Of a stretch of DNA of 64,000 nucleotides, positions 40,041-50,817 are shown piece by piece. Below the pieces are notes generated by a model, which was given only the letters and a program-made list of their open reading frames with translations, was not told the DNA's origin and made no database searches. The translations under genes and the position numbers were made by a program. Source of the DNA: an uncultured Spirochaetota bacterium (GTDB lineage: Bacteria > Spirochaetota > Spirochaetia > SZUA-6 > Fen-1364); NCBI GenBank assembly GCA_963845535.1, contig CAWJSK010000003.1, positions 84,936-148,935 of the forward strand, read 5' to 3'. The stretch's first letter is position 1. Each line of letters opens with the position of its first letter.

Positions 40041-42268
40041 CCATCTCTCCGGTGTGTTCGCGGCCCTCCGCCCCGCGGTCCGTCTCCCCGGGGTCGCCTG
40101 TCGTCGGGTCTGCGGTCCGAGCGGAAGGGCCTGTCCCCATCACGCCGCGGCGGCCGCCTTTCCGTCTTTTCCGTCATCAGGCCGGGGTTCGCCTCCAGGG
40201 CTTCCAGCGTTGCCAGGTTGATCCGTCCCATGTGGTCGATCTCCGTGACCTTCACCGTCAGCACCTGGCCTTCCTTCACCACGTCGCTGACGTTCTCCAC
40301 CCGGGTGGCAGCCAGCTTGGAGATGTGCACCAGGCCTTCCTTGCCCGGAAGGATCTCCACAAACGCGCCGAAGTCCATGATCCGCTTGACAGGACCGGTG
40401 TACACCTTGCCGACGACAGCTTCTTCTATGAGCGCTTCCACCATCTTCTGCGCTTTTTCCGCGCCGTCTTTCTGGCGGTTGTAAATGGTCACCGTGCCGT
40501 CATCATCGATATTGATCTGGGAACCGGTCTTCTCACTCATGCCCTTGATGTTCTTCCCGCCCGGGCCGATGATGAGCCCGATCTTTTCCGTGGGCACGCG
40601 CAGGGAGATGACCTTGGGGGCGAAATCCGAAATGTCCCTCCGGGGCTGGGAGATTGTCTTGTTCATGATGTCCAGGATGTACAACCGGCCGTCATGGGCC
40701 TGGCCGAGCGCCTTCTGGAGTATTTCCGCGCTTACGCCCTCGATCTTGATGTCCATCTGGAGGGCGGTGATCCCATCTTCGGTTCCCGCCACCTTGAAGT
40801 CCATGTCCCCGAGGTGGTCCTCTTCACCGAGGATGTCGCTGAGGACGACGAACTTCTCCCCTTCCTTCACGAGGCCCATGGCAATTCCCGCCACCGGCTT
40901 GATGATCTGGACGCCTGCATTGAGGAGGCTCAAGGTGCTCCCGCAGACAGTGGCCATGGACGAGGAGCCGTTGGATTCCAGGATCTCGGAGACAATGCGC
41001 ACCGTGTAGGGGAAGTTTTCCTTGGAAGGCAGGACCATCTGGATTGCCCGCTCCGCGAGGTGTCCGTGGCCTATTTCGCGCCGGCCCGGCGAGCCAAGGC
41101 GTCCGGTCTCACCAACGGAGAACGGCGGGAAATTGTAGTGGAGCATGAAGCTCTTTTTGCTGTCCCCGTCAATGTTGTCCATGATTTGTTCATCAAGCGC
41201 GGTGCCCAGCGTGGTCACCACGAGCGCCTGCGTCTCTCCGCGCGTGAACAGGGCCGAGCCGTGCGTGCGCGGGAGGACGTCGATCTCACAGGTGATGGGC
41301 CGGATCTGGTCCGGTTTCCTGCCGTCCGTGCGGATGCCTTTTTCCGCGATTGAGGTGCGGAGGATCTCCTGCTCCATGTCCTCGAACAGGGCTTTGAACG
41401 GGCGAATGTCGGTCTCCGCGAGGCGCTCGGCAAAGAACGCCTGCGCCTGGTCACGGACTGCCCTGATGGCCTTCGCTCTCTCCTCTTTGCCCTTGACGAA
41501 GCACGCGTGATTGACCTTCTCGAAGGCCCAGTTCCTGACCTCTCCGCCGAGGGTGAACGTTGAGGGCCGCTCGATGAGCGGGAGCTTCTGCTTGCCCGCT
41601 TTTTGGGCCAGCTCGAGCTGGATCCGGCACAGCTCGCGGATGGTCACGTGAGCTTTTTCGATTGCTTCGATGATGAGGGCCTCGGGCACCTGGCGGGCGC
41701 CGCCCTCCACCATCGTGATGCCCTTTGCGGTTCCCGCCACTACGAGGTCGATCAGGCTCTCCTCTATCTGGTCGAACGTCGGATTGACCACAAGCATGCC
41801 GCCGACGTACCCCATGCGGACCGCTCCAATGGGCCCTTCGAAGGGGATGTCCGAGACCGTGATGGCGGCCGAAGCGGCATTCATGGCGAGGATATCGGGC
41901 GGGTTGACCAGATCCGTGGAGATGGCCATGGGAATGACCTGGATCTCCCGCCGGAAGAGCTTTGAAAACAAGGGCCGAATGGGCCTGTCGATGAGACGCG
42001 AGACGAGGATCTCTTTGTCCTTCGGCCTGCCCTCACGCTTGATGAACCCACCGGGTATCTTCCCCGCCGCGTAATACTTTTCGATGTAGTCCACGGACAG
42101 GGGAATGAAATCGAGGTCTTCCTTTTCAGAGCTGGCGCAGCAGGCCGTTGCAAGCACCGCCGAGCCGCCCAACCGGGCGAAGACCGCTCCGTTGGCTTGC
42201 TTGGCCATCTTGCCGGTATCGAGGATCAGCTCTTCCTCCCCGATTTTGAATGTTACACGATGTTCCAT
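40037..42268 (-). CDS. pnp: Polyribonucleotide nucleotidyltransferase
   Basis: RLIDRPIRP, FTRGETQ, SNGSSSMA, GDMDFKVAG, and KH and S1 domains. Confidence 0.98.
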   Translation of the reverse strand: MEHRVTFKIGEEELILDTGKMAKQANGAVFARLGGSAVLATACCASSEKEDLDFIPLSVDYIEKYYAAGKIPGGFIKREGRPKDKEILVSRLIDRPIRPLFSKLFRREIQVIPMAISTDLVNPPDILAMNAASAAITVSDIPFEGPIGAVRMGYVGGMLVVNPTFDQIEESLIDLVVAGTAKGITMVEGGARQVPEALIIEAIEKAHVTIRELCRIQLELAQKAGKQKLPLIERPSTFTLGGEVRNWAFEKVNHACFVKGKEERAKAIRAVRDQAQAFFAERLAETDIRPFKALFEDMEQEILRTSIAEKGIRTDGRKPDQIRPITCEIDVLPRTHGSALFTRGETQALVVTTLGTALDEQIMDNIDGDSKKSFMLHYNFPPFSVGETGRLGSPGRREIGHGHLAERAIQMVLPSKENFPYTVRIVSEILESNGSSSMATVCGSTLSLLNAGVQIIKPVAGIAMGLVKEGEKFVVLSDILGEEDHLGDMDFKVAGTEDGITALQMDIKIEGVSAEILQKALGQAHDGRLYILDIMNKTISQPRRDISDFAPKVISLRVPTEKIGLIIGPGGKNIKGMSEKTGSQINIDDDGTVTIYNRQKDGAEKAQKMVEALIEEAVVGKVYTGPVKRIMDFGAFVEILPGKEGLVHISKLAATRVENVSDVVKEGQVLTVKVTEIDHMGRINLATLEALEANPGLMTEKTERRPPRRDGDRPFRSDRRPDDRRPRGDGPRGGGPRTHRRDG

Positions 42269-42287
42269 CTGTATCCTTGCCTTCGCG

Positions 42288-42557
42288 CTACTTGCGCAGG
42301 TTGAGGCGCTCGATGATCTCGCGGTACTTCGTGAGGTCTCTCTTCCTCAAGTACGCGAGCAGCCTGCGCCGTTGCCCGACGAGCTTCAGCAGGCCCCGCC
42401 GGGAATTGTTGTCCTTGGGATGCCTTTTGAAGTGCTCCGTCAGCTCATCCACCCGTTTGGTGATGAGAGCCACCTGGACCTCCGTGGCACCCGTATCCTT
42501 CTCGTTCGCTCCGAACGTCTTGATGACTTCTTCCTTTTTTTCCTTTGTCAGTGGCAT
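42288..42557 (-). CDS. rpsO: 30S ribosomal protein S15
   Basis: [10 protein letters not shown] and [19 protein letters not shown]. Confidence 0.98.
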   Translation of the reverse strand: MPLTKEKKEEVIKTFGANEKDTGATEVQVALITKRVDELTEHFKRHPKDNNSRRGLLKLVGQRRRLLAYLRKRDLTKYREIIERLNLRK

Positions 42558-42572
42558 TCTATCCGACTCCTT

Positions 42573-43376
42573 TCAGTGGAATGTGACCGCGGTTATCTGC
42601 CCGGGGCAGTTTGTGGTGAGCAGGATCACGTCCGCCAAAACCTCCAGCCGCGCCGTGCCCTGCCCTGCTGCGTGCTCAAAGCCCACGTCATACCGGCCGG
42701 GCGGTGGCAGCACCTGCTCGATGTCGGAGCGCTGGAACGCTCGTGTCCATTCTCCGCGCCTTGCGCCGGCAACGCCGCTCACGTCCACGGTGTGGTCCGC
42801 CAGCAGCATGGCCCTCGCTTCAGCGAAATCCGCTTCCTGGATTGTCTTCCTGACGCGTGAGCTCGATACGACGGCGCTGTTCCTCAGGACAGGATGGCTG
42901 ACCTGCACTTCTATCCCGCTGCCGAAAACCATCTCTCTCAGGTCCGCCGGACCGGCCTCTCTGCTCCTGCCAAACCGGAAGTTCTCCCCGACGACGATTT
43001 TTTCGATGTTGAGGTTGTCCCGTAGCAGGCCGATGAAAGCCCTTCCGGAAAGTTTACTCATTTCATTGGAAAAGTCAATTGGCACGACCGCGTCCACCCC
43101 CAGGTCCGAAAGCCGCGACAGTCTCTGGCGGTAGGTGAGGATGAGGCCGGGAAAGCGGGAGGGGGCGAGGAATTGCTGGGGATTTCGAGGAAACGTGATG
43201 ACGAGCGACTTGCCCGGCGGGGAGCTGGGATGGAGCGGGGCGCGACCGTGCGTAATGGCTTCCATGAGCGCCCTGTGGCCGACGTGCAGCCCGTCGAAGA
43301 CGCCAATGGTGAGACGGACCGGCTCCTCGATCTTTTCCCGCCCGGCCAGAAGGTCGGTCCACGGCAGCACCTTCAC
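42573..43376 (-). CDS. ribF: FAD synthetase with a degenerate riboflavin-kinase half
   Basis: GVFDGLHVGH, VVGENFRFG and VSSSRVR. No PTAN motif. Confidence 0.85.
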   Translation of the reverse strand: MKVLPWTDLLAGREKIEEPVRLTIGVFDGLHVGHRALMEAITHGRAPLHPSSPPGKSLVITFPRNPQQFLAPSRFPGLILTYRQRLSRLSDLGVDAVVPIDFSNEMSKLSGRAFIGLLRDNLNIEKIVVGENFRFGRSREAGPADLREMVFGSGIEVQVSHPVLRNSAVVSSSRVRKTIQEADFAEARAMLLADHTVDVSGVAGARRGEWTRAFQRSDIEQVLPPPGRYDVGFEHAAGQGTARLEVLADVILLTTNCPGQITAVTFH

Positions 43377-44257
43377 GCGGGTTCTCCCCGGGGAAATGTC
43401 GCGGCATATCGATAGCCATCTCCGCTTTTTTCGAGCACCGCTACCAGTTCCTCATCCCCGCTGAAAGCGCCATACACGCCGTCCACGGCCGGGGGATCAA
43501 GAAAAAAAGAATCCCTGATGGGCGCGCCGCGGCTTGCTTTTTCCTCCCATTCACGTCGCAGGACGAGGCGCTGGAGGCCGGTGGCCGCGTCGAAAAACCG
43601 CGCCGGGGACAAGAGGTGCCGGGCGGGGTCGAAATCGGCAGCAGTGGCTGCCTCTTCGACATGAAACGGGCCGATCCGCGTCCTTCGAAGCTCAGAAACG
43701 AACGCGCAGGTGGAAAGCCGGGCCCCGATGTCCCGGGCAAGGGAACGGATATAGGTTCCTTTGGAGCAGACCACTCGGATGGTGGCGCGGGGCGGCGCAA
43801 AAGAGAGGAGGCGCAAGCTGTGGATGGTCACTTCCCGGGGAGCCATGACCACCGCCTCTCCCTTGCGGGTGGCCTCATACGCGCGTTTTCCCCCGACGTG
43901 AACGGCGGAGTACGCCGGCGGCACCTGGGTAATGAGTCCCGTGAACGCCGGCAGGACTGCCTCGAGGTCCTCCGTCTGCGGCACCGGACCTTCACTCACG
44001 ATGGCGCCCTCAGGATCAAGGGTATCCGTCTGCCGTCCGAACGTCACGACAGCCACGTACTCCTTCTCCATGGCGACCGCAAGGCCGGAGAGTCTCGTCA
44101 TCCTTCCGGTCAAGACGACAAGGAGCCCTTCGGCAAACTTGTCCAGGGTCCCCGCATGCCCCACCCTGCGGATCCCCAGCGTCCGCTTGATGTTACCAAG
44201 CGCCTGGAAAGAGGTTAGTCCTGACGGCTTGTTGAGAAGGATGATACCTTCCGTCAA
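43373..44257 (-). CDS. truB: tRNA pseudouridine(55) synthase
   Basis: GHAGTLD, QVPPAYSA and CSKGTYIRSLARD. Confidence 0.96.
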   Translation of the reverse strand: MTEGIILLNKPSGLTSFQALGNIKRTLGIRRVGHAGTLDKFAEGLLVVLTGRMTRLSGLAVAMEKEYVAVVTFGRQTDTLDPEGAIVSEGPVPQTEDLEAVLPAFTGLITQVPPAYSAVHVGGKRAYEATRKGEAVVMAPREVTIHSLRLLSFAPPRATIRVVCSKGTYIRSLARDIGARLSTCAFVSELRRTRIGPFHVEEAATAADFDPARHLLSPARFFDAATGLQRLVLRREWEEKASRGAPIRDSFFLDPPAVDGVYGAFSGDEELVAVLEKSGDGYRYAATFPRGEPA

Positions 44258-44601
44258 CTCATGACGTCCCGAAGCTTCTTTGCAATCCGAAACCCATTTT
44301 CCATCGAGTCATCGAGCAAAAAAGTGAGCTTGGGAAATATCCGCAGCGACATGCGCTTGGAGAGGACGGTCTGGATGAAGCCGGCGGCGTGGTTCAAAGC
44401 CTCCACGCTCTGCGCCACCTCCGCCCTTTCGCCGAAGCGTGAGACCCAGACCTTGGCGTGGCCCAGGTCGCGTGAGACCTTCACCTCCGTCACCGTGGTG
44501 AGCCGTTCCACGCGAGGGTCCTTGATTTCTCCCTGGAAGATCATGGAACAGATCTCCTCACGGAGGAGGCTCTCAATTCGCCGAAGCCTTACTTCCGCCA
44601 T
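44254..44601 (-). CDS. rbfA: 30S ribosome-binding factor
   Basis: IKDPRV, VSRDLGHAKV and PKLTF..D. Start at ATG 44601. Confidence 0.95.
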   Translation of the reverse strand: MAEVRLRRIESLLREEICSMIFQGEIKDPRVERLTTVTEVKVSRDLGHAKVWVSRFGERAEVAQSVEALNHAAGFIQTVLSKRMSLRIFPKLTFLLDDSMENGFRIAKKLRDVMS

Positions 44602-47296
44602 CCCGGCTGCCCTCGAGCTTTCTGGCGAGCTCGTGCGTCTCATACGCCTCCAGAGTGTCGCCGTCCTTGATATCGTGGAAGCCTTCGAGGCCAATACCGC
44701 ACTCGAACCCCGTTTCCACCTCGCGGGCGTCATCCTTGAAGCGCTTGAGGGACGAGATCTTTCCCTTCCAGAGCTCCACGCCATCTCGGATGAGCCGCAC
44801 GTCCGACCCCCGGCGCACCTTGCCGGAAGTGACGAAGCACCCCGCAATCGTGCCGACCTTGGGGATCTTGAACGTGTTGCGGACTTCGATGGTGCCGATC
44901 TGCTCTTCCCGCAGCTCGGGCTTCAGCATGCCTTCCATGGCTGAGCGGATGTCTTCCAGCGCGTCATAGATGATGTTGTACTTGCGGATCTCCACTTTTT
45001 CCCGGTCCGCCAGGCTCTGGGCCGCGGAGCTCGGTCGGACGTGGAAGCCGACGATCAGGGCATTCGAGGCCGAGGCCAGCAATACGTCACCTTCATTGAT
45101 GGCGCCCGCCGCGGCCTGGATGACATCCAGCTTGATTTCCGGCGTCGACAGTTTTTCCAGGGAGGACTTCAGGGCTTCGACGGATCCCGCCACGTCCGCC
45201 TTGATGATGACCTTCAGCTCCTGGATCTGGCCTTCCTTGATCTGTTCGTAGAGGTTGTCGAGCGTCACCTTCTTGACGCTCTTCATCTCCTCCTGCTTCT
45301 TCAGCTCCTGGCGTTTGCTGCCGATGGTCTTGGCGGTCTGTTCCGAATCAGTGACCTGGAACGGGTCACCGGCGTTGGGAATGCTCGTGAACCCGATCAC
45401 TTCCACGGGAAGCGAAGGGGTGGCTTCGGTGATCTTCTCTCCCCTGTCGTTGAAGACTGCCCGGACCTTTCCTGAGTAGATTCCGGCAACGAACGAATCC
45501 CCCGGCTTCAACGTGCCCCGCTGCAAGATGACGGTGGCCACGATTCCGCGGCCCATGTCCACGCGGGACTCCAGGACGATTCCCGACGCCCGGGTCGAGT
45601 AGCTGGCGCGAAGTTGCAGCATCTCGGACTGCAAGAGGATGCTTTCCAGCAGCTCTTTGATGCCCGTCTTCTTGAGCGCGGACACCTGGTTGTACATGGT
45701 CGTGCCGCCCCAGTCTTCGGGCGCCAGGCTGTGCTCGGTGAGCTGCTTCTTCACCAGCTCGATGTTGGCTTCGGGCAGGTCCATCTTGTTGACGGCAACG
45801 ATGATGGGGACTTTTGCCTGCTTGGCGTGGTTGATGGCCTCTACGGTCTGGGGCATCACTCCGTCCACCGCGGAAACCACCAGGACGACGATATCCGTGA
45901 CCTGGGCGCCGCGGGCGCGCATCATTGTGAACGCTTCATGGCCCGGAGTGTCGAGGAAAACGATCCGGCCCTGGGGGAGGTCCACCGCATACGCCCCGAT
46001 GTGCTGCGTTATTCCGCCATATTCGCCTTCCGCGACGTTCGCGCTTCGGATGGCGTCAAGGAGCTTCGTCTTGCCGTGGTCCACGTGCCCCATGATGGTG
46101 ACAATGGGAGGCCGGGGCTTGAGGTCCTCCTCATTTTCCTTCTCTTCCTCGATGACCGTCTCATCATACAGGGAAACCACGTTCACCTTGCAGTCGTATT
46201 CCGCCGCAAGCAGTGACGCGGTATCCGAGTCTATCTGCTGGTTGATCGTGACCATCATCCCCATGCCCATGAGCTTGTGGATGATGTCCGACCCCTTGAG
46301 ATTCATCTTGCGGGCAAGCTCTGACACCGTGATCCCCTCGGTGATGGAAATTTCCTTGGGGACCGGGTTGGCCATGATGATGGTCTTTTTCTTGACCTGG
46401 AGGTATTTCTCTTCCGGCTGATCATGCTTCCTCTTGGGATATTCGATCTTTCTCTTTGCCTTGGAGAAAAACTTCTTGGCCGGCGGCTTCTTATCTTCCG
46501 TTCGGGGAGGACCACCCTGCCCTCCCGGTCCGCCTCCCGGGCCTTGCCGCATGGGGGGACGTCCGCCCGGCCGGGGAGCGCCTCTTCCCGGAGGTCCACC
46601 GGGCCCTCTGGACATGGGCGCGCCACCCGTTCGGGGGGGAAGCGGCGTGAGTCTCATCTTCTCACGGACGCTCTCACGCACCGAGGGCCGGGGCTCCGAG
46701 CCCCTGTCCACGGGGATGAAGCGAGGTCTGTGCTGTTCCTGGCCAGCCGGCGCCGACGGATGCAGGGAAGGTCTTGCCGGGGCTGCTGACGCAGGCGCGA
46801 CCGGTCTGGCTGCTGACGGCTTTGCGGCGGTTGGCGCCTGAGCGGGAGCCTGCGCTGCGGGCCGCGGGGCCGCGCCGGCAGGCCGTGAAGCCGCCGCGGG
46901 AGCCTGGGCTGCCGGCCGGGCAGCCGCCGGGGCTTGTTCCCGCTTCGGTTCGGCTGCTGGCGCCGCCGGTTTCGGCCTCGGCATTTCCCTGACGGAGGGT
47001 GGGATGAACCGTGCCTTGGGAGTCTCAGAAGCCGCAGCCGGCGCCCCCGGTGCTGGCTTATGGGACTCCTGCAGAGCTTCGACCTTGGCTTCTGATGCAG
47101 GCGCTTCTTGAGGAGGTTCCAAGACGGATGAAGGGTGAGTGGTCTTCTTGGCCACCACCACGACCCGCTTCTTCACCACCACGACCTTCTTCTTCTCGGC
47201 AGTGTCTTCCGCCGCCACGGGAGGCGCCTCCTCCTCTTTTTTGTGCTTGATCAGTGTTGTCTTCAGCTTTTTCCTGCTATCCAGTTCCTCAGGCAT
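44573..47296 (-). CDS. infB: Translation initiation factor IF-2
   Basis: [21 protein letters not shown] and SLKRFKDD. Confidence 0.98.
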   Translation of the reverse strand: MPEELDSRKKLKTTLIKHKKEEEAPPVAAEDTAEKKKVVVVKKRVVVVAKKTTHPSSVLEPPQEAPASEAKVEALQESHKPAPGAPAAASETPKARFIPPSVREMPRPKPAAPAAEPKREQAPAAARPAAQAPAAASRPAGAAPRPAAQAPAQAPTAAKPSAARPVAPASAAPARPSLHPSAPAGQEQHRPRFIPVDRGSEPRPSVRESVREKMRLTPLPPRTGGAPMSRGPGGPPGRGAPRPGGRPPMRQGPGGGPGGQGGPPRTEDKKPPAKKFFSKAKRKIEYPKRKHDQPEEKYLQVKKKTIIMANPVPKEISITEGITVSELARKMNLKGSDIIHKLMGMGMMVTINQQIDSDTASLLAAEYDCKVNVVSLYDETVIEEEKENEEDLKPRPPIVTIMGHVDHGKTKLLDAIRSANVAEGEYGGITQHIGAYAVDLPQGRIVFLDTPGHEAFTMMRARGAQVTDIVVLVVSAVDGVMPQTVEAINHAKQAKVPIIVAVNKMDLPEANIELVKKQLTEHSLAPEDWGGTTMYNQVSALKKTGIKELLESILLQSEMLQLRASYSTRASGIVLESRVDMGRGIVATVILQRGTLKPGDSFVAGIYSGKVRAVFNDRGEKITEATPSLPVEVIGFTSIPNAGDPFQVTDSEQTAKTIGSKRQELKKQEEMKSVKKVTLDNLYEQIKEGQIQELKVIIKADVAGSVEALKSSLEKLSTPEIKLDVIQAAAGAINEGDVLLASASNALIVGFHVRPSSAAQSLADREKVEIRKYNIIYDALEDIRSAMEGMLKPELREEQIGTIEVRNTFKIPKVGTIAGCFVTSGKVRRGSDVRLIRDGVELWKGKISSLKRFKDDAREVETGFECGIGLEGFHDIKDGDTLEAYETHELARKLEGSRDGGSKASAN

Positions 47297-47305
47297 ACCT
47301 GTCTT

Positions 47306-48949
47306 CTACTCTCCCTCGGTCCGTCCCTGACCCGCCGGCGCATCCCCAGGCGCCTTCGGCGCCTCCTCCGTATCGTCCTCGAAGGTTAAACCGACGCCGC
47401 AGTTTGGACAAGTGGCCATCTCGGGCGTGATGGGCGTCCCGCACTCCGGACATTCGTAGGTTTCTTCTTCGACGGTTTCTTCCACAGCTTCCTGCGTTTC
47501 TTCGGCAGGGAGCGCTTCTGCTTGTTCTTCTTCCGCCGGGGCCGCGTCAGCGGGAACTTCGGCTTGCGCCTCTGCCTCCGTCTCCGCCTCTGCCTCCGCC
47601 TCTTCTTCCGGCTCCTCGAGGGCTTCTTCCTCGGCAGCGGAGGCTTGCTCCTCCTCCACGATCTCCACGTTCTCTTCTATGATCTTGTGGATGGTCTGTA
47701 TGTCTTCCGCGGTGATCCCTTCCAGCGCCGCAAGCTGCTCGGGGGTCAGGGCCACGAGGCTTTCGATGTCCGCGATGTTGTCCTTTTCCAGTATCTCCAC
47801 GAGCCGCTGCGGAATGCCCGGCAGCTCGGAGATCTTCTGGATCTCCTCCTCCGTCTCACCGAACAGCGCGGAGACCGCGCGTTTGGCCTCCGCGGAGATG
47901 TCCATCTCGGAGAACTGCGTCTCCGTCTTCACGTCGATGTTCCAGTCCGTCAGCCGGTTGGCCAGCCTGACGTTCAGGCCCTGCTTCCCGATGGCCAGGG
48001 AGAACTGGGCATCCGGCACGATGGCCAGGGCCAGCTTCTTGGCCTCATCCAGAATCACGACCTGGTTCACTTCGGCGGGAGAAAGAGCGTTCTTGATGAA
48101 GCTGCGCGAGTCCAGGGAGTAGCGCAGGATGTCGATCTTTTCTCCCTCCAACTCCCGCACGACTGCCTGGATGCGGACGCCTTTCAATCCGACGCACGCC
48201 CCCACGGGGTCCACGTCTTCCCGCGTTGAACGGACGGCAATCTTGGTCCTGTAGCCCGGCTCTCGGACGATCTTCGAGATCTCGATGGTCTTGTCGTAGA
48301 TCTCAGGCACCTCGAGCTCGAATATCTTCTTCACGAACTCCGCATGGTTTCGGGACAACACGATCTGGAGCCCGGTGGGCGTCTTCACCACCTCGTAGAT
48401 CAAGGCCTTGATCCTGTCATTGGGATGATAGATCTCGCGCGGGGACTGGTACTTCTTGGGGAGGATGCCCTCCGTCTTTCCCAGGTCCACGTAGATGTTG
48501 CCGTTCCTCTCCCGCTGGTAGTAGCCGATGATCATCTCTCCGACTTTGTCCTTGAACTCGGAGTACAACGTGTCCTTCTGGATCTCCCGAAGGCTCTGGC
48601 GCGCCTTCTGCTTGGCGCTCTGCACGGAGACCCGGTCGAACTCCTTGGGATTGATCTCGATGAGAAGCTCATCCCCCACCTCGCAGTCCTCGTTCAGCTC
48701 GAGGGCTTCCGAAAGGGGGATCTCGTAGACCGGATCATCAAGGTCGTCATCCAGGACGATCTTCTTCTTGGCGAACAGCGTCACCTCGGTGCTGTCATCG
48801 CTGAAGCGCACCACGGCGTTGTCCACGACCCCGTATTTCTTCTTGTATGCGGCAAGCAGGAAGTTTTCTATTGTGGTCATGACGAGATCCTCGGGGATCC
48901 CCCGCTCCTGCACGAGCTGTTTGATTGCCTGGGACAGATCAGACTGCAT
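47306..48949 (-). CDS. nusA: Transcription factor NusA with an acidic linker and a C-terminal zinc ribbon
   Basis: REPGYRTKIAV, DPVGACVG and AIGKQGLNVRLA. Confidence 0.96.
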   Translation of the reverse strand: MQSDLSQAIKQLVQERGIPEDLVMTTIENFLLAAYKKKYGVVDNAVVRFSDDSTEVTLFAKKKIVLDDDLDDPVYEIPLSEALELNEDCEVGDELLIEINPKEFDRVSVQSAKQKARQSLREIQKDTLYSEFKDKVGEMIIGYYQRERNGNIYVDLGKTEGILPKKYQSPREIYHPNDRIKALIYEVVKTPTGLQIVLSRNHAEFVKKIFELEVPEIYDKTIEISKIVREPGYRTKIAVRSTREDVDPVGACVGLKGVRIQAVVRELEGEKIDILRYSLDSRSFIKNALSPAEVNQVVILDEAKKLALAIVPDAQFSLAIGKQGLNVRLANRLTDWNIDVKTETQFSEMDISAEAKRAVSALFGETEEEIQKISELPGIPQRLVEILEKDNIADIESLVALTPEQLAALEGITAEDIQTIHKIIEENVEIVEEEQASAAEEEALEEPEEEAEAEAETEAEAQAEVPADAAPAEEEQAEALPAEETQEAVEETVEEETYECPECGTPITPEMATCPNCGVGLTFEDDTEEAPKAPGDAPAGQGRTEGE

Positions 48950-49415
48950 TTTTTGTTTCCTCAACCTCCACAGAATGGTCCAGTCGCGCCTTCCGAATGC
49001 CGGAAATCGCGAACCCCCGTGTTTCTTTTCCCCTTCTCAGCCACAGCGTCCCCTCCTCCACCCGGTCGATGATCCCGGACTCCCACTCCGTTGCATGGCC
49101 GGCCAGGACGCGCACTCCCCGACCTCGGAATATGTCGTACTCTGAAGGACGCTTCACGACGCGGTCCACCCCGGGAGAGCTCACTTCGAGGCTGGGATCA
49201 GCCAGGGCGTCGATGGTTTCCAGCCGGGGGAAAAGCATGCCGGAAATCTCGGCGCATTGATCCACTCCCACGCCTTGTTGTCGGTAGATGACGACGTTGA
49301 CGCGAGTCGAGCCTGAGAGCCTGCCAATGGTGAGCTCCACGAGCGAATACCCCAGCCCTTCAAGCAGGGGTTCCACCACCTCACGAACGGCTTTTTCCAG
49401 ACTCTCAGCGTACAA
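48939..49415 (-). CDS. rimP: Ribosome maturation factor RimP
   Basis: LEVSSPGVDR and its position at the head of the nusA-infB operon. TTG start at 49415. Confidence 0.9.
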   Translation of the reverse strand: MYAESLEKAVREVVEPLLEGLGYSLVELTIGRLSGSTRVNVVIYRQQGVGVDQCAEISGMLFPRLETIDALADPSLEVSSPGVDRVVKRPSEYDIFRGRGVRVLAGHATEWESGIIDRVEEGTLWLRRGKETRGFAISGIRKARLDHSVEVEETKNAV

Positions 49416-49487
49416 CGAATCCGCCCCTTCCCGGGCTTTGTGGGCCGGCCCCGTGCGCAGGGAGGGCCCGGCAAAACCTCCCAGCAC

Positions 49488-49514
49488 AAAAAAAAGAGTC
49501 TGGGCCGACTCTTT
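49488..49514 (-). terminator. rimP-leader attenuator hairpin
   Basis: AAAGAGTC-GGCCCA-GACTC followed by T8, immediately after the promoter. Confidence 0.75.
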
Positions 49515-49523
49515 CTCGACAAA

Positions 49524-49552
49524 AACATACAGGAAAAGGAGATGGTTGTCAA
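49524..49552 (-). promoter_or_regulatory. sigma70 promoter of the rimP-nusA-infB operon
   Basis: TTGACA-N17-TATGTT. Confidence 0.7.
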
Positions 49553-50801
49553 CACAGGTCGGTCTTTTGTATACACTTGCGACGTGGCTGCGCCCCAGAC
49601 AAAGTTCCCGCTCGACTACATCAACAAGACCGTGTCCCTGAAGTACTTCGGCCGCGAGTCGGTCTTTCATCTCTCGCACGGGCTTTTCAGCAGCAACGAC
49701 GTGGACGCGGGGAGTCGGCTGCTCCTCAAAAGCATTGCCCAGCGGCTCGACCTGTCGCGCCTCGGCTCCGTGCTGGATGTCGGTTGCGGGATGGGGGTGA
49801 TCGGCATCGCAATTGCCCGGGCCGCCCCCGGCGCCCATCTGGTGTTTCAGGACCGCGACGCCCTGGCCGTGGCTTTTGCTCGGGAGAACTCGAGGGCCAA
49901 CGGCGTGGAAAACGCGGAGTTCGATTGCGGCCTCGCTTTCTGGAACCTCGGCGGCCGCGCCTTCGACCTTGTCGTATCCAACCTTCCGGCAAAGGCGGGC
50001 CGCCCTGTCCTTGAAAGTTTTTTCCGCATTGTGCCGCATTTTCTTTCCCGATCCGGGACTGGGGCGGTGGTCATCGTAACTCCCCTCGAAGGGCTTGCCC
50101 GTGACTCCATCCAATCCTCGGGTTGCCTGCTCTTCCACGTCGAGAGCACGAGCCGGCATTCCGTGTTTTTCTTTCAGAGACCGGAAAAGCTCCCGGCTCC
50201 CGCCGAACCGCTCGTAAGCCTGGCCCCTTACCTTCGGACCAGCCGGAAGTTCTCCTCGGGAGACGTCGACTACGAGCTGGAGACCGCATACAACCTGCCG
50301 GATTTCGACACTGTGGGCTATGGGGTGGAGCTGGCCCAGGAAGTGCTTCAGCGCGCGGTGATCCAAGGGAGCGCCGTTTTCTGGAACCCTGGGCAAGGAC
50401 ATCTTCCCGTCTTCGCGGAAAAGAAAAGTCCCGAAGGGCTCGACACGGTGTTGATTGCCGGCCATGACGCGCTCGAGCTTGCCATTACCGAGCGCAACCT
50501 GGCTGCCGCCGGAAGGCAAGGGGCCAGGGCCCTCCTGTTGCCCACTGACGCCGGCCTCGCGGAAACCCTGGAGCCGGGCAGCATGGACTTGCTGTGTGCC
50601 ACCCTGCGCCCGGTTCCCAAGGCGCCCTGGCCTGCCGACCTGGTGACTTCCGCGGAGGCGCTCCTCCGCAAAGGTGGTGCGTTGATGGCGGCAGGCGAAA
50701 GCACCGAAGTCTTTCGCGTCCTCGGGTTGTGCCGAAAGTTCAAGATCCTCGACAGCAAGAAGCGCTTCGGACACAGGGCGGTGCTGCTTCAGCGCCAGTA
50801 G
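49542..50801 (+). CDS. Class I SAM-dependent methyltransferase (MTS/RsmC-like, duplicated fold)
   Basis: GLFSSNDVDAGSRLLL, VLDVGCGMG and VVSNLP. SD AAGGAG precedes ATG 49542. Confidence 0.85.
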   Translation: MVVNTGRSFVYTCDVAAPQTKFPLDYINKTVSLKYFGRESVFHLSHGLFSSNDVDAGSRLLLKSIAQRLDLSRLGSVLDVGCGMGVIGIAIARAAPGAHLVFQDRDALAVAFARENSRANGVENAEFDCGLAFWNLGGRAFDLVVSNLPAKAGRPVLESFFRIVPHFLSRSGTGAVVIVTPLEGLARDSIQSSGCLLFHVESTSRHSVFFFQRPEKLPAPAEPLVSLAPYLRTSRKFSSGDVDYELETAYNLPDFDTVGYGVELAQEVLQRAVIQGSAVFWNPGQGHLPVFAEKKSPEGLDTVLIAGHDALELAITERNLAAAGRQGARALLLPTDAGLAETLEPGSMDLLCATLRPVPKAPWPADLVTSAEALLRKGGALMAAGESTEVFRVLGLCRKFKILDSKKRFGHRAVLLQRQ

Positions 50802-50817
50802 GGAGCAACCAAAGCGA

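Noticed and set aside
46520..47120. Pro/Ala/Gly repeats in infB
   Set aside because: This is the ordinary low-complexity IF-2 N-terminal region.
49416..50774. 611-aa minus ORF 48939..50774 as a giant RimP fusion
   Set aside because: Only the last 158 aa are RimP. The rest is the antisense shadow of the methyltransferase and crosses the rimP promoter and attenuator.
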